NCBI GenBank assembly: GCA_028534125.1
Contig: CM052817.1
Span: forward strand, 83,392,001-83,456,000
Length of the DNA: 64,000 nt
Direction of reading: 5' to 3'
DNA from: Lama glama
Taxonomy: Eukaryota
A program made the position numbers and the translations under genes. How positions within the stretch are numbered: the first letter of the stretch is position 1; each line of letters starts with the position of its first letter. Below, piece by piece: positions 1 to 13,592 of the stretch. The notes under the pieces were generated by a model. It saw only the letters and a program-made list of their open reading frames with translations, was not told the origin of the DNA and made no database searches.

Positions 1-2546
1 AGGGTGTGTAACAGTCTCATAAAAGTAAAAACAGAGTTTGAGATTTAATGACAATCACCATCACTTTTTTGTTTGAGACAAAGTAACTATATGCATTTGA
101 TCAAACCTCCAACCAGACTTGTAAGGCATCTTTTTCTTGTCAGTGAAACCAGTTTACTCTGTCATAGAATTGATTATTCCAACCTAATAATAAATGCAGT
201 CAGCAGTGTGATTTAAAGTAGAATTGTGCATGTGGAAGTAAGAATAACACATACATTTTTCTACTGGTATCTTAAGATAATCACATTTCTTACTTTTGCC
301 TTTAAACCCACTCCTAAACTTTTTCTTTTATTTGGTCAATATATAATAGAATCTTCATGAAATGCTTTTACCTTGCATTTACCAAAATGCAAAATAACAT
401 ATAATTTTGTGATATTTCATTTAATTCAGTAATTGTTTCCATATTTTTTGGCTCTCTCTGGTTAGTGTCAAACTGTTTCGATTATTAGCTGATGAAAATG
501 AGGAAATTTTTTTCCCCTCAAGAAAGTATTCAGCTTTCATTTAATAAATGTTATTTCCTCTGATATCACGGCTTGCAAGCACTTCTTAACCATTTAATTC
601 ATGTGCTTCACATTTCTGACTTTACTACAAAATAATCCTATGTGGAAGTTTATCTCTACTCCCAAAGGAAATTTTATCCACTGGCAGCTATGGTATCCTT
701 CAGAATGTAAAGAAAAGAAGACCACCATGATTGCACAAAATATTAAGGGGCTTTTATTCTCTTAAAAATGTAAAAATCCATAGACAAAGGAGTGGATGGT
801 ATATTGTAATTACTCTTCTTAAACTGTGGCAGGGTAAAACAATTAGCCAATCTTAAAATAAAAATTTCCTTATGCCAAAAAATCAAATAAGATAAATATG
901 ACTAGAAATATTTTATAATCTTGTTTATTTATTTATTTATACTCAGTTTTGTTGATAAGTTTAGAGTAGAAAGCATGGAAAATTTTATATCTCCTGTAGG
1001 CTTCAAACACCTTGGAAGGCTAATCAGTGTTTGAAGTTTTTTTAAACTTCTACAGAAGCAAGATCCAGATTGTAATTTACAAAGGTTCTCAATGCAGAAA
1101 GGAAAATGGCCAAGAAGATATCTCAAATCTCATCTAGCTTAAAATTTGGCTCTCAAGTGTCCTGTTACGGAACCACCTTTTTATGCATCTACCCCCAGCA
1201 ATTAACCTTTTACTCCCTTTCCTCCTTCCTTTACCTCTAAAGCTAATAGCACTTAAAATCAATTTCAAATGAAGACTCAAAGGAGATTACAACAATCCCA
1301 ACTTCCTGATTATGAAGAAGCTCACTCACATATATACACACACTTTGCTGAGAGCACAGGCCACTGTCACTCACTCTCAGAAAAATCCATTCCTATCATC
1401 CAATTTATGCCTGTTCTAGCCTAGAAAAGACAGTATTTAGACTCATGGCTGTTTCCATAGTAATCTTTAAGTTTTTGACAGATCATTTTTCCTGGTTTTT
1501 TCTGCAAAGCAGTTCTAGAATTCTGAAGTCAGTACTGCCACCACCTGAATTCTAGGGAATCCTTTGACCTGAGAAGTCCCAGGGTCAGAGGAGTCAGCCA
1601 AGTCTCATGGAAGTCAAAAATCTACTTCTCACAAATTTGAATAGCTTAGGAGCAGTCATGAATATTAGGGCAAATTCCAGGGGGTATCCACCTCAGAAGC
1701 ATATTCCATCAGGAGAAGCCAAGGAAAAGGGCTAGTAGAGGAAAATTAAAGGTTCTTACTCCTTACGTTAGAATGAGTTCTAACATTAAACTCCACCTAC
1801 TTACATAATTTTTAGGTATAAGAAATGCCAGTTGGATATATATTACATGTTTTAATTCCATCATGAGCTATATGTTGAATGAATTCCACTGTTAACATAG
1901 AGAAATATGGTAAAATGGAATCATAAAAAGTTTCATCTCTTTCCACCTATCTTATTTTCAATACAAAGGGGAAAATAAATATCATTATGGGGAAAGAAAT
2001 GATGAGAAAGAACAAGAAAAAGAAAACTTTGATATGTAAAGAATAAAGAAAACACTAAAGCACTAAATGACTTCTAAAAAAGCCTTGTCTGAAAGTAAAA
2101 TCCAGAGTCAGAAAATCAAGCCCAAAATTTTAAAATAATTCTTAAGTTAAGGTACCTTCATATTTTCCTAATATTTGTGTGCACTCTGAAAGGGGAGTTA
2201 AATATTGTGATTTTTCAATGCTGTTTTGCTAGTGTTTTGATCCAAAGAGTTCAATTTACTGAACTTCCCCTGAAAAGTATGTGCTGTCCCTACTTTCCTG
2301 AGCACAATTTGGTGTATGTGAGGACCTGGAAGGGATTATAAAAAAAAACACAAGATGTAGTTCTCTTCTGGCTATTATTATTTGGCACTAGAACTTGAGC
2401 CTGAAAGGTTTGTTTCTGTAAAGTTCAAAACACATCTTGTGTGCACTATGTAATTATCATATTATATGTTACATTTTTTACCTCCTTGAGGGAAATCTGC
2501 TCTTCTAGTTTTGGATCCCAGATGGCATAATTCCCTAGGTCTACTT

Positions 2547-2596
2547 TGTGTGTGTGTGTTTGTGTGTGTGCACGCGCACGCGCGCGCACATGTGTG
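2547..2596. repeat. (TG)n/(CG)n compound microsatellite
   Basis: tgtgtg...gtgcacgcgcacgcgcgcgcacatgtgtg; strict purine-pyrimidine alternation over 2561-2596. Confidence 0.95.
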
Positions 2597-2798
2597 AATA
2601 AATACATCTTAAGAGCATACATGTGATAGACGTGACAGTCTTCCATACAAGCCCTCTTGGCTCTCAATTAGGACATGTCAAAAGTCATATTGCTTGGCCC
2701 TCAGCAGGCTTGATATTCATGTCCAAACTTCTGTCTTTAATATTCACATAATCTTCAGCCAGTTTCTTGTAGCTTCCCTTGTTGGGCCAGATGGCAAT

Positions 2799-2813
2799 GC
2801 TACCACCTAGTGG
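2799..2813 (-). promoter_or_regulatory. Candidate CTCF binding motif
   Basis: Minus strand reads CCACTAGGTGGTAGC, close to the CTCF core CCASYAGRKGGCRS with one C>T change. Confidence 0.4.
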
Positions 2814-4114
2814 AGCTTGCCTATCCTTGACTGAGCTGTTGTAATCTAACCCGATCAAGAAAATTCCCATTTGTGGTAAGGTAAGTGGCCTTTTCCCAAG
2901 AACTTCCTTTGTAAAAATACTCCTCCCCATGGCAATGACCAACTTTGGTCTACTTGCAAAAAAAATAAGCAGGGTACAACATAAAAACAATACAGATCAA
3001 GTAAATATAGTAATTATTTCTATTCATTTTCAGTTTAAAAAAGTTTCTAACTTAGCTTTTATCAGTACTCCTTGCTAGCATTTGTTGAACACTTAACTGC
3101 ATTCTAGGTGCTTTGTAAACATCGCTAATTCTCACAGCAAACCTACAAGATAGGTGGTGTTACCATTTGCTTTACCAAAGAAGAAAATAAGCCTCCAAGA
3201 GCTATATGCATAAGTAACTCAAATTAGAGACACTTCCATTTCTGTGCACATGAAGATTAAATATTTACGTCTACAGCTGCATTTAAGTACTTTGTTTGCT
3301 AGGTGTTAACAAGTTATAGCTAGGATCTTCTTTACAATTAGCCAGCTCACCAAACTATTTCAGCAGTTGACCAGGATGCTTGCTTTACAAGCATCTTCCT
3401 TTGCAGAAAAAAAAAAAGTATATAAAAACAAAATTAATTAACTGCTCTCTCTTAAAAAGCCTGAGTCTATTCAAGGATGCAGCAGGAGGGCTGCTTGAGA
3501 GACTCTTCCGAAAGAGAAAACACTTAATCTAGTTCTTTCATAGAATTTCCTGAGGGGAAGGTAAACCTCCCAGTCTCCCTGAACATCAAAACTTCAGCTG
3601 AAAATGAGCTAATCTTTCAATCAGCTCCACTGAGCTCTCTGGCAGGAGGCAGAGGAAGCTTGGATAGTCACAGTCTGTTGTGAGACTATGGGATTTTCTT
3701 TCTTAGTGCTATTATTTTGGCACCTTTCACAAGCAATAAATCCTTTAAAGCCTAACAAGTAACTGTAAAGAGGTTGAAACTAAAGCTGCTATAGTTGCAA
3801 AGCCCTTAATGTGTCACTGGAGTAAACCATCATGTTCACTGTTCTGAACAGAAATGTCCTTTAATACTAGGGGGTTATTTTTTACCACCTGCTATATACC
3901 TGGCCCTGTGTCAGGAACATATAGACATACATATGCACACTCAAAATCTAATTCCTGTCTCAAGAAATGTAAGATAACAACGAAGAGGCTAAATGTTTAC
4001 AAGTAATAATCACTAGTTTCTAGGGAAACTTTCCTAGCATATTACAAGGAATAGGCTCGTAGTTGGGACATTACAAAACTGTCAAATAGAAATATAGTTA
4101 AAAATTTTATATGG

Positions 4115-4580
4115 GTTATGGTCCCTTCAGAAAATAGAATTCTCCCCAAATGGTTCAAATGAAGAGATGCTAATGAAGAAACTAACAACAAAGATGTGGG
4201 GAAAACCAAGCTAACTAACAAAGGATGATGAGGCATCTGGAAATTCAACCACGGGAAAGTATTACCATTCCTAGAGCTGACTGGACAAGAGGAGGAAATG
4301 GTGTTAAAGGAGCCGAGTAAGAGCTGAAGCGGCAGGAGGGTGTGTCCAACAGGAGCTGAATCACGGAGGAGTACATCTACATATAGGAGAAACAGCTACA
4401 AGGAAGCAGGGAGGAAGCAAAGGAAAGACACCCACACCCCTCTTTCCTTTTATGTATCCACGTCCTCTCAGGGCCTCCTCTGGCTAAACCCAAATGAAGT
4501 CAGATGTAAAGGGAGCCCAAATAATGCTGATTACAGTCAGGATAGAAAGTAAAGTGGGAGGGAAGACAAATACAAAATAT
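4115..4580 (-). mobile_element. Ancient ERVL LTR (LTR41/LTR33-like)
   Basis: Degenerate matches to remembered consensus: aaggatgatgaggcatctgg...ttaccattcctagagctga and ctctggctaaacccaaatgaagtcagatgtaaagggagccc. Confidence 0.55.
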
Positions 4581-4624
4581 TAGCATATATGTTGATGTAT
4601 CTATATTATTATTATTATATTAAT

Positions 4625-4880
4625 AAGCAGTAAACACAAAAGATTCACTATGTCAGGCACTGTTCTAAGGATCCTACATATATTAAATTGTTTAATCCTC
4701 ACAGTGACCTTATGAATTAGGACTATTATTATCCCCATTTACAAACAAAGAAATCGAGGTACAGGGAGGTTAAGTAACTTGTCCAAGGTCACATTGCTAG
4801 TACATGGTAAAGCTCAGCTTGGAACCTAGGTGATGTGGCTCCAGAGCTCACAGCCTTAAACATCATGTTCCACTGCCTAC
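4625..4880 (-). mobile_element. MIR SINE, near full length
   Basis: MIR core attatccccatttacaaacaaagaaatcgaggtacagggaggttaagtaacttgtccaaggtcaca with typical flanks. Confidence 0.9.
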
Positions 4881-6094
4881 CCTATAAAAACCCCCTCTCC
4901 ACAACAGCACCCCCAGAGTAGGATCTCTGGATATGAAATCAACAAAGTAAAATCAAATTTGATGTCTCAGATTTCACCAAATATTTCTTGTTAATGAACA
5001 CACAGAGTAATTGTCTGGGCATATACACTCCGCTACAATACAAATAAAGAAAATTAGGTATCATTCTGATTGCCTTTAATTCCCATAGATGTAGGAGTCC
5101 CTGGAGGGGTTGTGGGAAAATAATCAGAAAATACTCCATCGCAAAGGAGAAAACCAGTGGCGGAAAGGAAAAAGACATGATTTAAAGCCTGAAGAGAGAA
5201 GTTATTTTCACAAAGAGCAACTACTGGTATTGCTTTGCCTTTGGTTCAAGCTGAACCTGGAGAAATGTTGACATTCCTGAACAAGTAAAATTGTAAGGCT
5301 CCTCAGAGATGTTTCTTCTCGGAGGCAGAAGAAAACTGATTAGCCATTTAACCTGAGGTAGGTACTCAACTCGAGTTTAAAAGGAAGCAGGCATAAAGAA
5401 GGATTTATTCAAACAAGTCTGCAATAGTCACTAGATTGTTATTGCAACTCATCATATCCTTCCTGAAAAATATGGAAGAAATGCTAAGCCTTCCCTAGTC
5501 CATAATAAATCACTTAGAAGCTGCCACTCCCAGGCTAATTCCTCCGGTCCACTCCCTACCTCTCCCTTCCCCCCCCCACCTCATATTTTTCATCTCTCAT
5601 ATTTCCAGTCCCAATTTAAGGAAATGAGAAGAAAATGGGAGTAAAAGTAGACCATTTTTGCCTCTGTTGTCGCCCTAAATATCTAAGAAGAGCATGACTC
5701 TCCTGCTCTTGCTCAAAATTTCTGCATTAGAAACCACAATTGACAAGCATGCACCAGAAAGGCATATCATTTTGGCTTTGTACTTAAAAGAAGTAGATGG
5801 TCACTTAAAAAGATGTAAGTTTTAAGAAAGATCAGAAAACTCTTATACAGAGTTTGTCTCCCACTATCCTGAACCAAGCCATCAAATTCTTGAATATTTA
5901 TTTCTCTGGATTTTCAGTAAAAATATTAGCTTAAATGTATATGTTTAACAGATTTCAAAGCACATTAGAAGCATCACCTATTTGATCTTCATAACAAACT
6001 ATGATTTACGCAACTTGTTTATCTCTGTTCATGTCACCACGGTTTATGGCAGTTAGTAAGGTGGGTCTCTGACAATTTGAAAACTAAGTAATGC

Positions 6095-6685
6095 AAAGAC
6101 TACAGTGTGGAAAGGGAGAAAAGGAGTCACTTCACAGTGGAGAAATCTGACAAGCACTACTTCAGTCGAGCTAAAAAAGTTAACATCAAGTATGATAAGA
6201 AATGTTAATACTATATACTTTTTAAAGTTATGAAAATAGTACTTTATCTCTGTAGTTTTCCTCTCCAAAACTCATAAACCTAGTCTAAACATGAGAAAAA
6301 ATAATCAGACAAATCCCAAGGGACGGACATGCTACAAAATCCCTGACCAGTACTTCTCAACATTGTCAAGGTCATCAAAAACAAGGAAAGTCTGAGAAAC
6401 TGTCACGGCCAAGAATTGAGATGACTAAATGTAATGCAGTATCCCTGATGGGATCTTGAAACAGAAGAAAGACATTAGGTGAAAAATACGAAAATGAGAA
6501 TAAGTTTAATATAGTTAGTAGTAGTATTTCAATATTGGTTCATTAATTGCAACAAACATACTGTACTAATATGGTAATAATAAGGTTAAGACAGTATAGA
6601 GTATATGGGAACTCTCTGTACTAGCTTCACAATTTTTCTGTAAATCTAAAACTGTTCTACAAAATAAAGTTTATTTTAAAAAATG
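6095..6685 (+). mobile_element. Ancient L1 3' UTR fragment (L1MD/L1ME-like)
   Basis: gtcaaggtcatcaaaaacaaggaaagtctgagaaactgtcac; ends gggaactctctgtac...aataaagtttattttaaaaaa. Confidence 0.85.
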
Positions 6686-7399
6686 AAATAAGGTACTGCA
6701 TAGAAAATTTTTTGTAAACCATGGTATAGTATTAGCATGATGATGCTGGTAATGATTGGAGCTATGCTCTGATGACAGTCTGGCAGTAGCTGGAAAGTGG
6801 ATTAGTGAAGTATTCACAAAGGATTTTCCTTTTTCTCAAATTTCTCAAATTTCTAGTAAAATATTAAAGAGTTCGGTTTTTTGCAAATTACAAATTTTCA
6901 GACCTGTATCTTCGGAAAGTAGTTCTATTTATCATCAGATAGATTTCAGAAATTATTAAATAATTCCTTAATCATTCTGCAAATCACTTTTTTTAAGTAC
7001 ACATCATGTGCAGAGTACTGTCCTACATACTGGAAAACAAAGGCTCACAAAGGTTAGTCAAGCTCCCAGCCTTCAAGGGGTGACCCTGTCAAAGAGAAAA
7101 GTAAAACTAGTATTTACTGAGGCCTATTGTAAAACAAGAACTTTACCTACACTGCCTCATTTAATCCTCACAGAAATCTTCTAGGAAATCATTCATTATC
7201 GCCCCAGAGCAATGTGCTCCCATAGCATCGAATTCTTAACCCTATTCTGGTGCTTATCACACAGTAAAGCAATAGCTTACATACTGTCCACACCCCCAGC
7301 TAGACTGTCAAGTCATGGAGTATAAGAACTTGTTCGTTGTTGTAGCTCCAACATAAAGCATATTACCTGCCCATAACTGGTCACGTGAATGAACGGGAT

Positions 7400-8370
7400 T
7401 TAGTCGAGACTCTCTCAGTTGCAAGTGATAGAAACATAAAACAAAAAATAATTTATCATTTCACGGAACTGAAAAGACTAAGGGAAACTTCTGGTGCTCT
7501 GGCTTCATGTGGACTTTCTTCTGTCTCAACAGTCCTGATCTCTCCCCATACCTACTTAGTTATCCTGTGAGAGGAGAAGGACTTAGAAGGTTGGTGTATT
7601 TAGGAGAGGGTACTTCTTAGCTCAGCCTCTTCTCCCTGGCTAAGAGATCTGCGACCCTACCTAACTATAAGAAGAGTATTCTGGTCCGCTTTCTACCATG
7701 TGCTAAGATTACCAAGCAAGATTAGGCTCAATAAATCCAACTCAGGAGAGAATACGAGGAAGTCCACTATACCTGCACATGTAAACTATGTTCACTAATC
7801 TAGCTTTTATTAGTATTACAGCTGCTATTTTGATTTATATGTCTAACTCTGTTGCTAGCACTCAATTGGTTCCAAACTTGAAGGGGGAAAAATGGGGAGC
7901 TGTTCATTAGCCCCTATAGTCCCACTAGAAAATACAGGAGTTCTGGATCTCAGGTGTCACTGACTTCAGGATCTCAGATCATGCCATAAGAATTCAGACT
8001 CTCCATCTCTCAATTCAGTTTTTCTCTGCATTGTTTTCACTCTTAGGTGGGCTTTCTTCAGTGTGATGGCACCTGGTAGTTTCAGGGTTCTAACTCAAGC
8101 TTAGCAACTGGGGAAAGTAGGCTGCTTCTTCCCAATTATTTCAACAAAATTCCTGAAATTTACTCTGTTTTGAGTAATTTAGGTCCTGTATCTATCGTTG
8201 GACCACTCACCGTGACAGAGAATCAAAAAGCACTGATTAGCCAGGCCTGGGTCACACGCAGCTAAAAGTGGAGTCAGCACCTTTTGAATTTCACGTACTT
8301 AGAGTGGGGAGGAATGGTATTATGTGAATAAGGTGAGGAGGCTGAAGCAAAAGAACAGAAGTCTACCAGA
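7400..8370 (-). mobile_element. Fragmented MLT1 (MaLR) LTR, pieces at ~7400-7500 and ~7950-8370
   Basis: ttagtc...ctcagttgcaagtgatagaaac start; ctgattagccaggcctgggtcac motif. Confidence 0.55.
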
Positions 8371-10659
8371 GCTATTATTAACTCCTCTTTACATAAAAGA
8401 AAAAGGAGGGTGCATAGCTTGTATAGGGAAGATACAGAATTCAGAATTACATATGTTTGACTCCAAGTCTGTGTGCTCTCCTTTACATCAAAGATGACTC
8501 CCTAAGCTTCCACCAACAAATCTCACCACTCTTACATATGATCTAGCTGTCAAGAAGTGGTGGAAACTCTTTAAAAGATTCTAGATCATACTGGTGGAAG
8601 AGAGCTTACTGGATTACTGTGCAGGACACTAAGAATCACTCCTGCTGAATATCTAATAGGGCGACACCTTAATTCATTTCTGGACCAGCTCTGCTCCAAG
8701 CTAAAAGACATCATCTTACTTAAGCAGACATCATCAACTGCTTAATATTTACCTGTTCCTTGCCCCTTTTTTCACCGTTTCTGCTAATACTTGCTAGGAA
8801 CTCTACGCAATGGGCCCACTATAAGAACTGTACTTTTTTATGAAATTCAACTTACTCTCTAGTCCACTTGATAACAGAAAACTTAAACTCACTGACTGAA
8901 GTTAAATTCAGGTAATTTGGTACTCTCAGTCAAATCAGAGTAAATTCAATTTAGGGTTCTCTCCCCAAACCCATTCAAGTTCTAGTTGGCTTAGTATCAT
9001 AGCATCAGGGAAAGGAACCTGCCCCTCAGTCCATGCTGACTTCTGTTGATATGCACCTTATTCCATCTGACTCATGGAAGGCACCGCATCTCCATGCTGG
9101 CATCTACTGAGCGATAGCCACTATCTATGCTGCTCCCCAGTGGCGGTCCCCTGTTACAAACACAAGGCCCCTCCACAACTGCCTGCTTTCAGGGCCACAT
9201 CTACACCACTTTTGGCTGTATGGGGAAAGATTTAGATACTTCTCACACCACATATGAGCACAAGAGATTCTCCATAAGACCCTTCTCCTAGCAACTCTGT
9301 GTCGTTCCAGCTACTCTGTAGCTCCATGGATAAGGACCATGGCATGTCTGGGCAACCAGGCAGGGAAAGGGGCACATAACCCCCTCTCCTCTGAGTTCAC
9401 CTAACCCCGGGGCAAAGACTGTCACTGGAGTAGGTGTAGGAAAAAGCACAGGACTTCTTGCCTGAGACCTCCACCAGTGTCTGATGCCATTCCTTTCCAA
9501 TTCTTTCTCCACAGACCAAGGAATTCTTATCAAGTCTAGGAAAGGAACAACATTCTTCTTACATTATTATGAGTTCTTGCTAATCTTCCAATCCTTTCTT
9601 TCAAATACTGTTTCCACCAGAGTTTTAAACTTAGAAAGTGGGATCAACTGGTTTGTTTTCAATGTTCTGCCAGGCTTTCCTTCTCTGAAATAGGGAGCTC
9701 AGGCTGCCTGAAATGGAGATAAAGGCCATTTTTGAAAAAAAGAATTACTAAAAATGAAAACACAGTTGTTAATGTCAAAATTTTCTGCATGACGTAATTT
9801 GGACCAAGTTGAATGAATTTTTGTATTTGAGGTACTAAGACCTGGGCTGCAAATGTGTAGATTGCAGATGGGAAAAGACAGCTTTCTCAAGTTAAATAGA
9901 CTGAGTACTTGCTTTCAGAGTCACCTGACAAACTTCTTCACAGACATTTCACAATAATCTTTGGGCTATCCTAAGAAATGACTTTTCTTAGTAATTAACT
10001 AACTTATAAGACCTATGTAGTCTACTCTAGCTGAGTCCTTGAGTGCATGTATGGTTACCTTGGCAAGAAAAGAGAACACACCTCTTGCTTAGCAATCAGA
10101 GACTTTCATAACGAACATCACAACTTTATCATGGACTTTATAACTCAAAACACAGCAAGGATCCAGAGGATATCATATGGACAGAAGTTTCCAATTTCCC
10201 CTGCCACCATGAAATCACTCTCAGACTCCATACTGAAAAAAAAAGCACAGGAAGGGGACAGAAATCTGAGGGGCCATGAGTTTAATTTAAAAAAAAAAAA
10301 GACACTAAGCCATCAAAAAGAGACTAAACCAGACAAGAGTAAAAAATTGTAAATTGCAAAGCATAAAGGTTATTTTTGTCTTAACTACCCAGTAAGACTG
10401 TCAGCAATGGAAAAAAGCAAAGATGCTATATCTTCCTTGCACTTCTAAGTGCAATGAGAGTGACTGCTGCTCTGCTAGCCAATCCTCTAAAATCCATCTT
10501 TCCAACAGTAGTACATAGCAAAACAGAATGAGGTAAGACAGTAATAACTGCTCTAAGGTAGCAAATCACAGTATTCCAAATCAACTGTCATAAGAGTTTG
10601 TACTTTGTTCACTATTTTGGCTGAGTTGTGGATATTGAGGTGATTAAAAAAAAGAGGAA

Positions 10660-10790
10660 AACACTGGAAGGATGAAGGAAGAGAGGGAGGTCGTGAAAAA
10701 GGAATAGAGAAGAAGGGAAGAATGTATAGAGGAAAGGGAGGAAGGGATGGAGAGAAAGAAAGAAAACGAAAGGGGAAAGAGCAACAAAAA
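10660..10790. repeat. GA-rich low-complexity tract
   Basis: Purine-rich run ggaaggatgaaggaagagagggagg...gaaaggggaaagag. Confidence 0.85.
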
Positions 10791-13144
10791 TGACTTGTGT
10801 TGTACATAATAACTCTGTGGTAAAATCATATCCTCAACAAGTTATGAGTGAAATCAAAGGTGATGATAGTGCCAGACTGTTCAAATAAATAATGCTTCAA
10901 AAATCTCACTTCAGTATATCCCCAGTGAATTCAGAGCAATCAGAACATTTTTTTCATAAGTTTTCTTATCTTTACCTATCCTCCTGGTTTGAGTCTCTTC
11001 TCCAGAAGAACCTGAAAATTCTCTATGCTGCAAGTATAAAATTGCCTATTTATAAAATTTTATAAAATGCTGATTTTAAAAAGTGAATGAATGAAATAAA
11101 TAAGGAAGAAAGAGAGAGAGGGGGGAAAGGAGCATAAAGCAAATGAAAGCCCTTGCACATCAACACATGAATGATTTTTATTAATGTCTCTGTATCTTCA
11201 TGCACTAACTAACTAAAACCCAGATACACTTACCAACTGATGTTCTGAGCTATTGGTTATAGCTGTAAAAGATACAATCCTCTTAGCAGAGGTGTAACCC
11301 ATTTACCAGACTACACTGTAAATGAGACTTCTTTCCTCCCAGGCTCCCTGGAAAAGATGTAATGGCAACTCCAGTCACTTTAATTGTTCCACAAATGCCT
11401 TCAAGGAGATTTGAGAAGACCCAAAAGCCCACAAAGCTTACTGACTTATACAAAGAATGTAAAAGAAGTGTTATTTTCAATTCCAATTTCTTAATTTTTT
11501 TTATCATTTTCCCCAGCACAGAACAGTCTTTGTGCCCATGGATCTCCCTAAATGTTTATGTCCCAAAGGACACAGAGGTGTGGAAAATGTGACACATGTT
11601 CCTAATAAATTCGTATTACAAGACATGGCCTTGAAAATGAAAAGCAAATGAAATCCCTCTTTCCTCTAAATTTTCTTTCATGTCAAAGGTTAGTCTTGCT
11701 TATTCAACAACTTAGACTTCAGCATTTGAAAAATAATGAGTCTATCTAAGTGGTATTCAACAGCTAAGATTTAAAAACATGAACAGAAAATCTTTAGAAA
11801 ACTCAGGGTTAGCATTTAGAGAGGAATTCACAGTTTTACTAATCCAGAAATAAATTATTGCAAAGTGAGTAACTGATACAACATGCTCATTTGCTAACTC
11901 CCCCATAACCCACAAGAAAGTTTAAGAATGAGGACGTTTGGACATAAACTGCCTCACCAACTATTAGAACACACTAAAATCTTGAGTATTCATCCTGTAA
12001 AACTGCCAAGAATGTAACAATCAAAAAATAAATTCATCTCTTTTCTAGGAAAAGTATAAAATAGATATTTATTTTAAGCCAACAACAAATTCCTACCATA
12101 GATTACTCACTGATATTCAGAACAAAAATTTTTGTAATAAATTTATTATTTGTTCTTTCCCCCCAATACTTGCAGGTGAATGAGAGCAAACTCTGAAAGG
12201 CCACCAAAAATTAAGCTTTAAATTGCAGATAACTTGCATATCAGTCATACCTCATTCTGTTCTGGAAAAGATTAGGACTTTGTATTTAGCTTGCACATGA
12301 AACCATTACAAAGTCGTGAGTGAAAATAGGAAGGTCACAAAACTTACCTGCCAAAATGCACTTAAGCAGTCTGTTAATATAGAGTGTCTCATCTACTCTG
12401 TAAATTCTTGGTCTGTATTAGGATAAAAATAATAGCTAACATGTAATGAGTGCCTACTATGTGCCAGGGACTATTTAAAGTAACAAGAAAAATTAACTCA
12501 AGTAATATTCATAGCAATTATTCCATTTTCTGAAAGAAAAACTAACATCAATTGGGAATATGACAAAATGAAAACACTGATTTGTATGGATGGCTGGATC
12601 ATGAATTAACATTTTCTTTCATTCTGATTGCCATTAGTGTTATTCACATAGTAAATACAAACATGTAAGTTTTCTTAGACCTCTTCCAAACACAATTTCC
12701 CACCTGGAAAATGAGGATGATAATAATAATACCTTCCTCATAAAGCTCTGCATTAGTTTTACATACTGCAAAAATCTCTCCAAAACACCACCTGTATTCA
12801 AATAACTTTCAACTGTGTATTGGATCTAATTAAACTTCTTAGCTGGCCTTGCAAGTCATTCTTTTTTATCCACTACTTCTCTGTACAACCCTCCATCCCA
12901 GTCGGGCCACGTTACACCTCAATCATTCCCAGCTGCCTGTCTTAACTCATATACCCTTCCCACCACCTTACAAATACACTCATCACTTCTCTCTGCTAAC
13001 CATGCCTTCCCCATCCTTCATCTTCCAGATCACATTTCCCTATCTCTTTGTAAGTCTTCCCCATCCTATGTGGTACTAACTGGCATGTGCAGAATACCTA
13101 TGATGTGCTTGGCACTTTTTGTATATTACTTAATTCCTGAGGGG

Positions 13145-13592
13145 TTTTTTTTCCTTTTTCTTCTGTTTTTATTGAAGTATAGTTGATGTACAATATTATA
13201 TAAGTTACAGGTGTATAATATAGTGATTCACAATTTTTAAAGGTTATATCTCATTTAGAATTATTATAAAATACTGGCTACACAGTACAGTATATCCTTA
13301 TTTTATGCATAACAGTTTATACCTCTTAATCCCCTACCCCTATATTGTCCCTCCCTCCTTCTCTCTCCCCCACTGGTAATGAGTAGTTTATTCCCCATAT
13401 CTATGAGTCTGCTTCTTTTTTGTTATATTCATTAGTTTGTTGTATTTTTTAGACTCCACATGTAAGTGATATCATACAGTATTTGTCTTTCTCTGTCTGA
13501 CTTACTTCACTTAGTATAATACCCTCCAAGTCCATCCATGTTCCCAAATGGCAAATTTTCATTCTTTTTTATGGCTGAGTAGTATTCTGTTG
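13145..13592 (-). mobile_element. 5'-truncated L1 3' end (cetartiodactyl-type), apparently within MIR remnants
   Basis: T-rich head then tttttattgaagtatagttgatgtacaatatt; later ctctgtctgacttacttcacttagtataatac and tttatggctgagtagtattc. Confidence 0.9.

Noticed and set aside
2685..2990. 101-aa minus-strand ORF
   Set aside because: Non-ATG start, no recognisable domain, length within chance expectation
9128..9146. Second CTCF-like motif (minus strand CCACTGGGGAGCAGC)
   Set aside because: Mismatches at core positions; too weak to call
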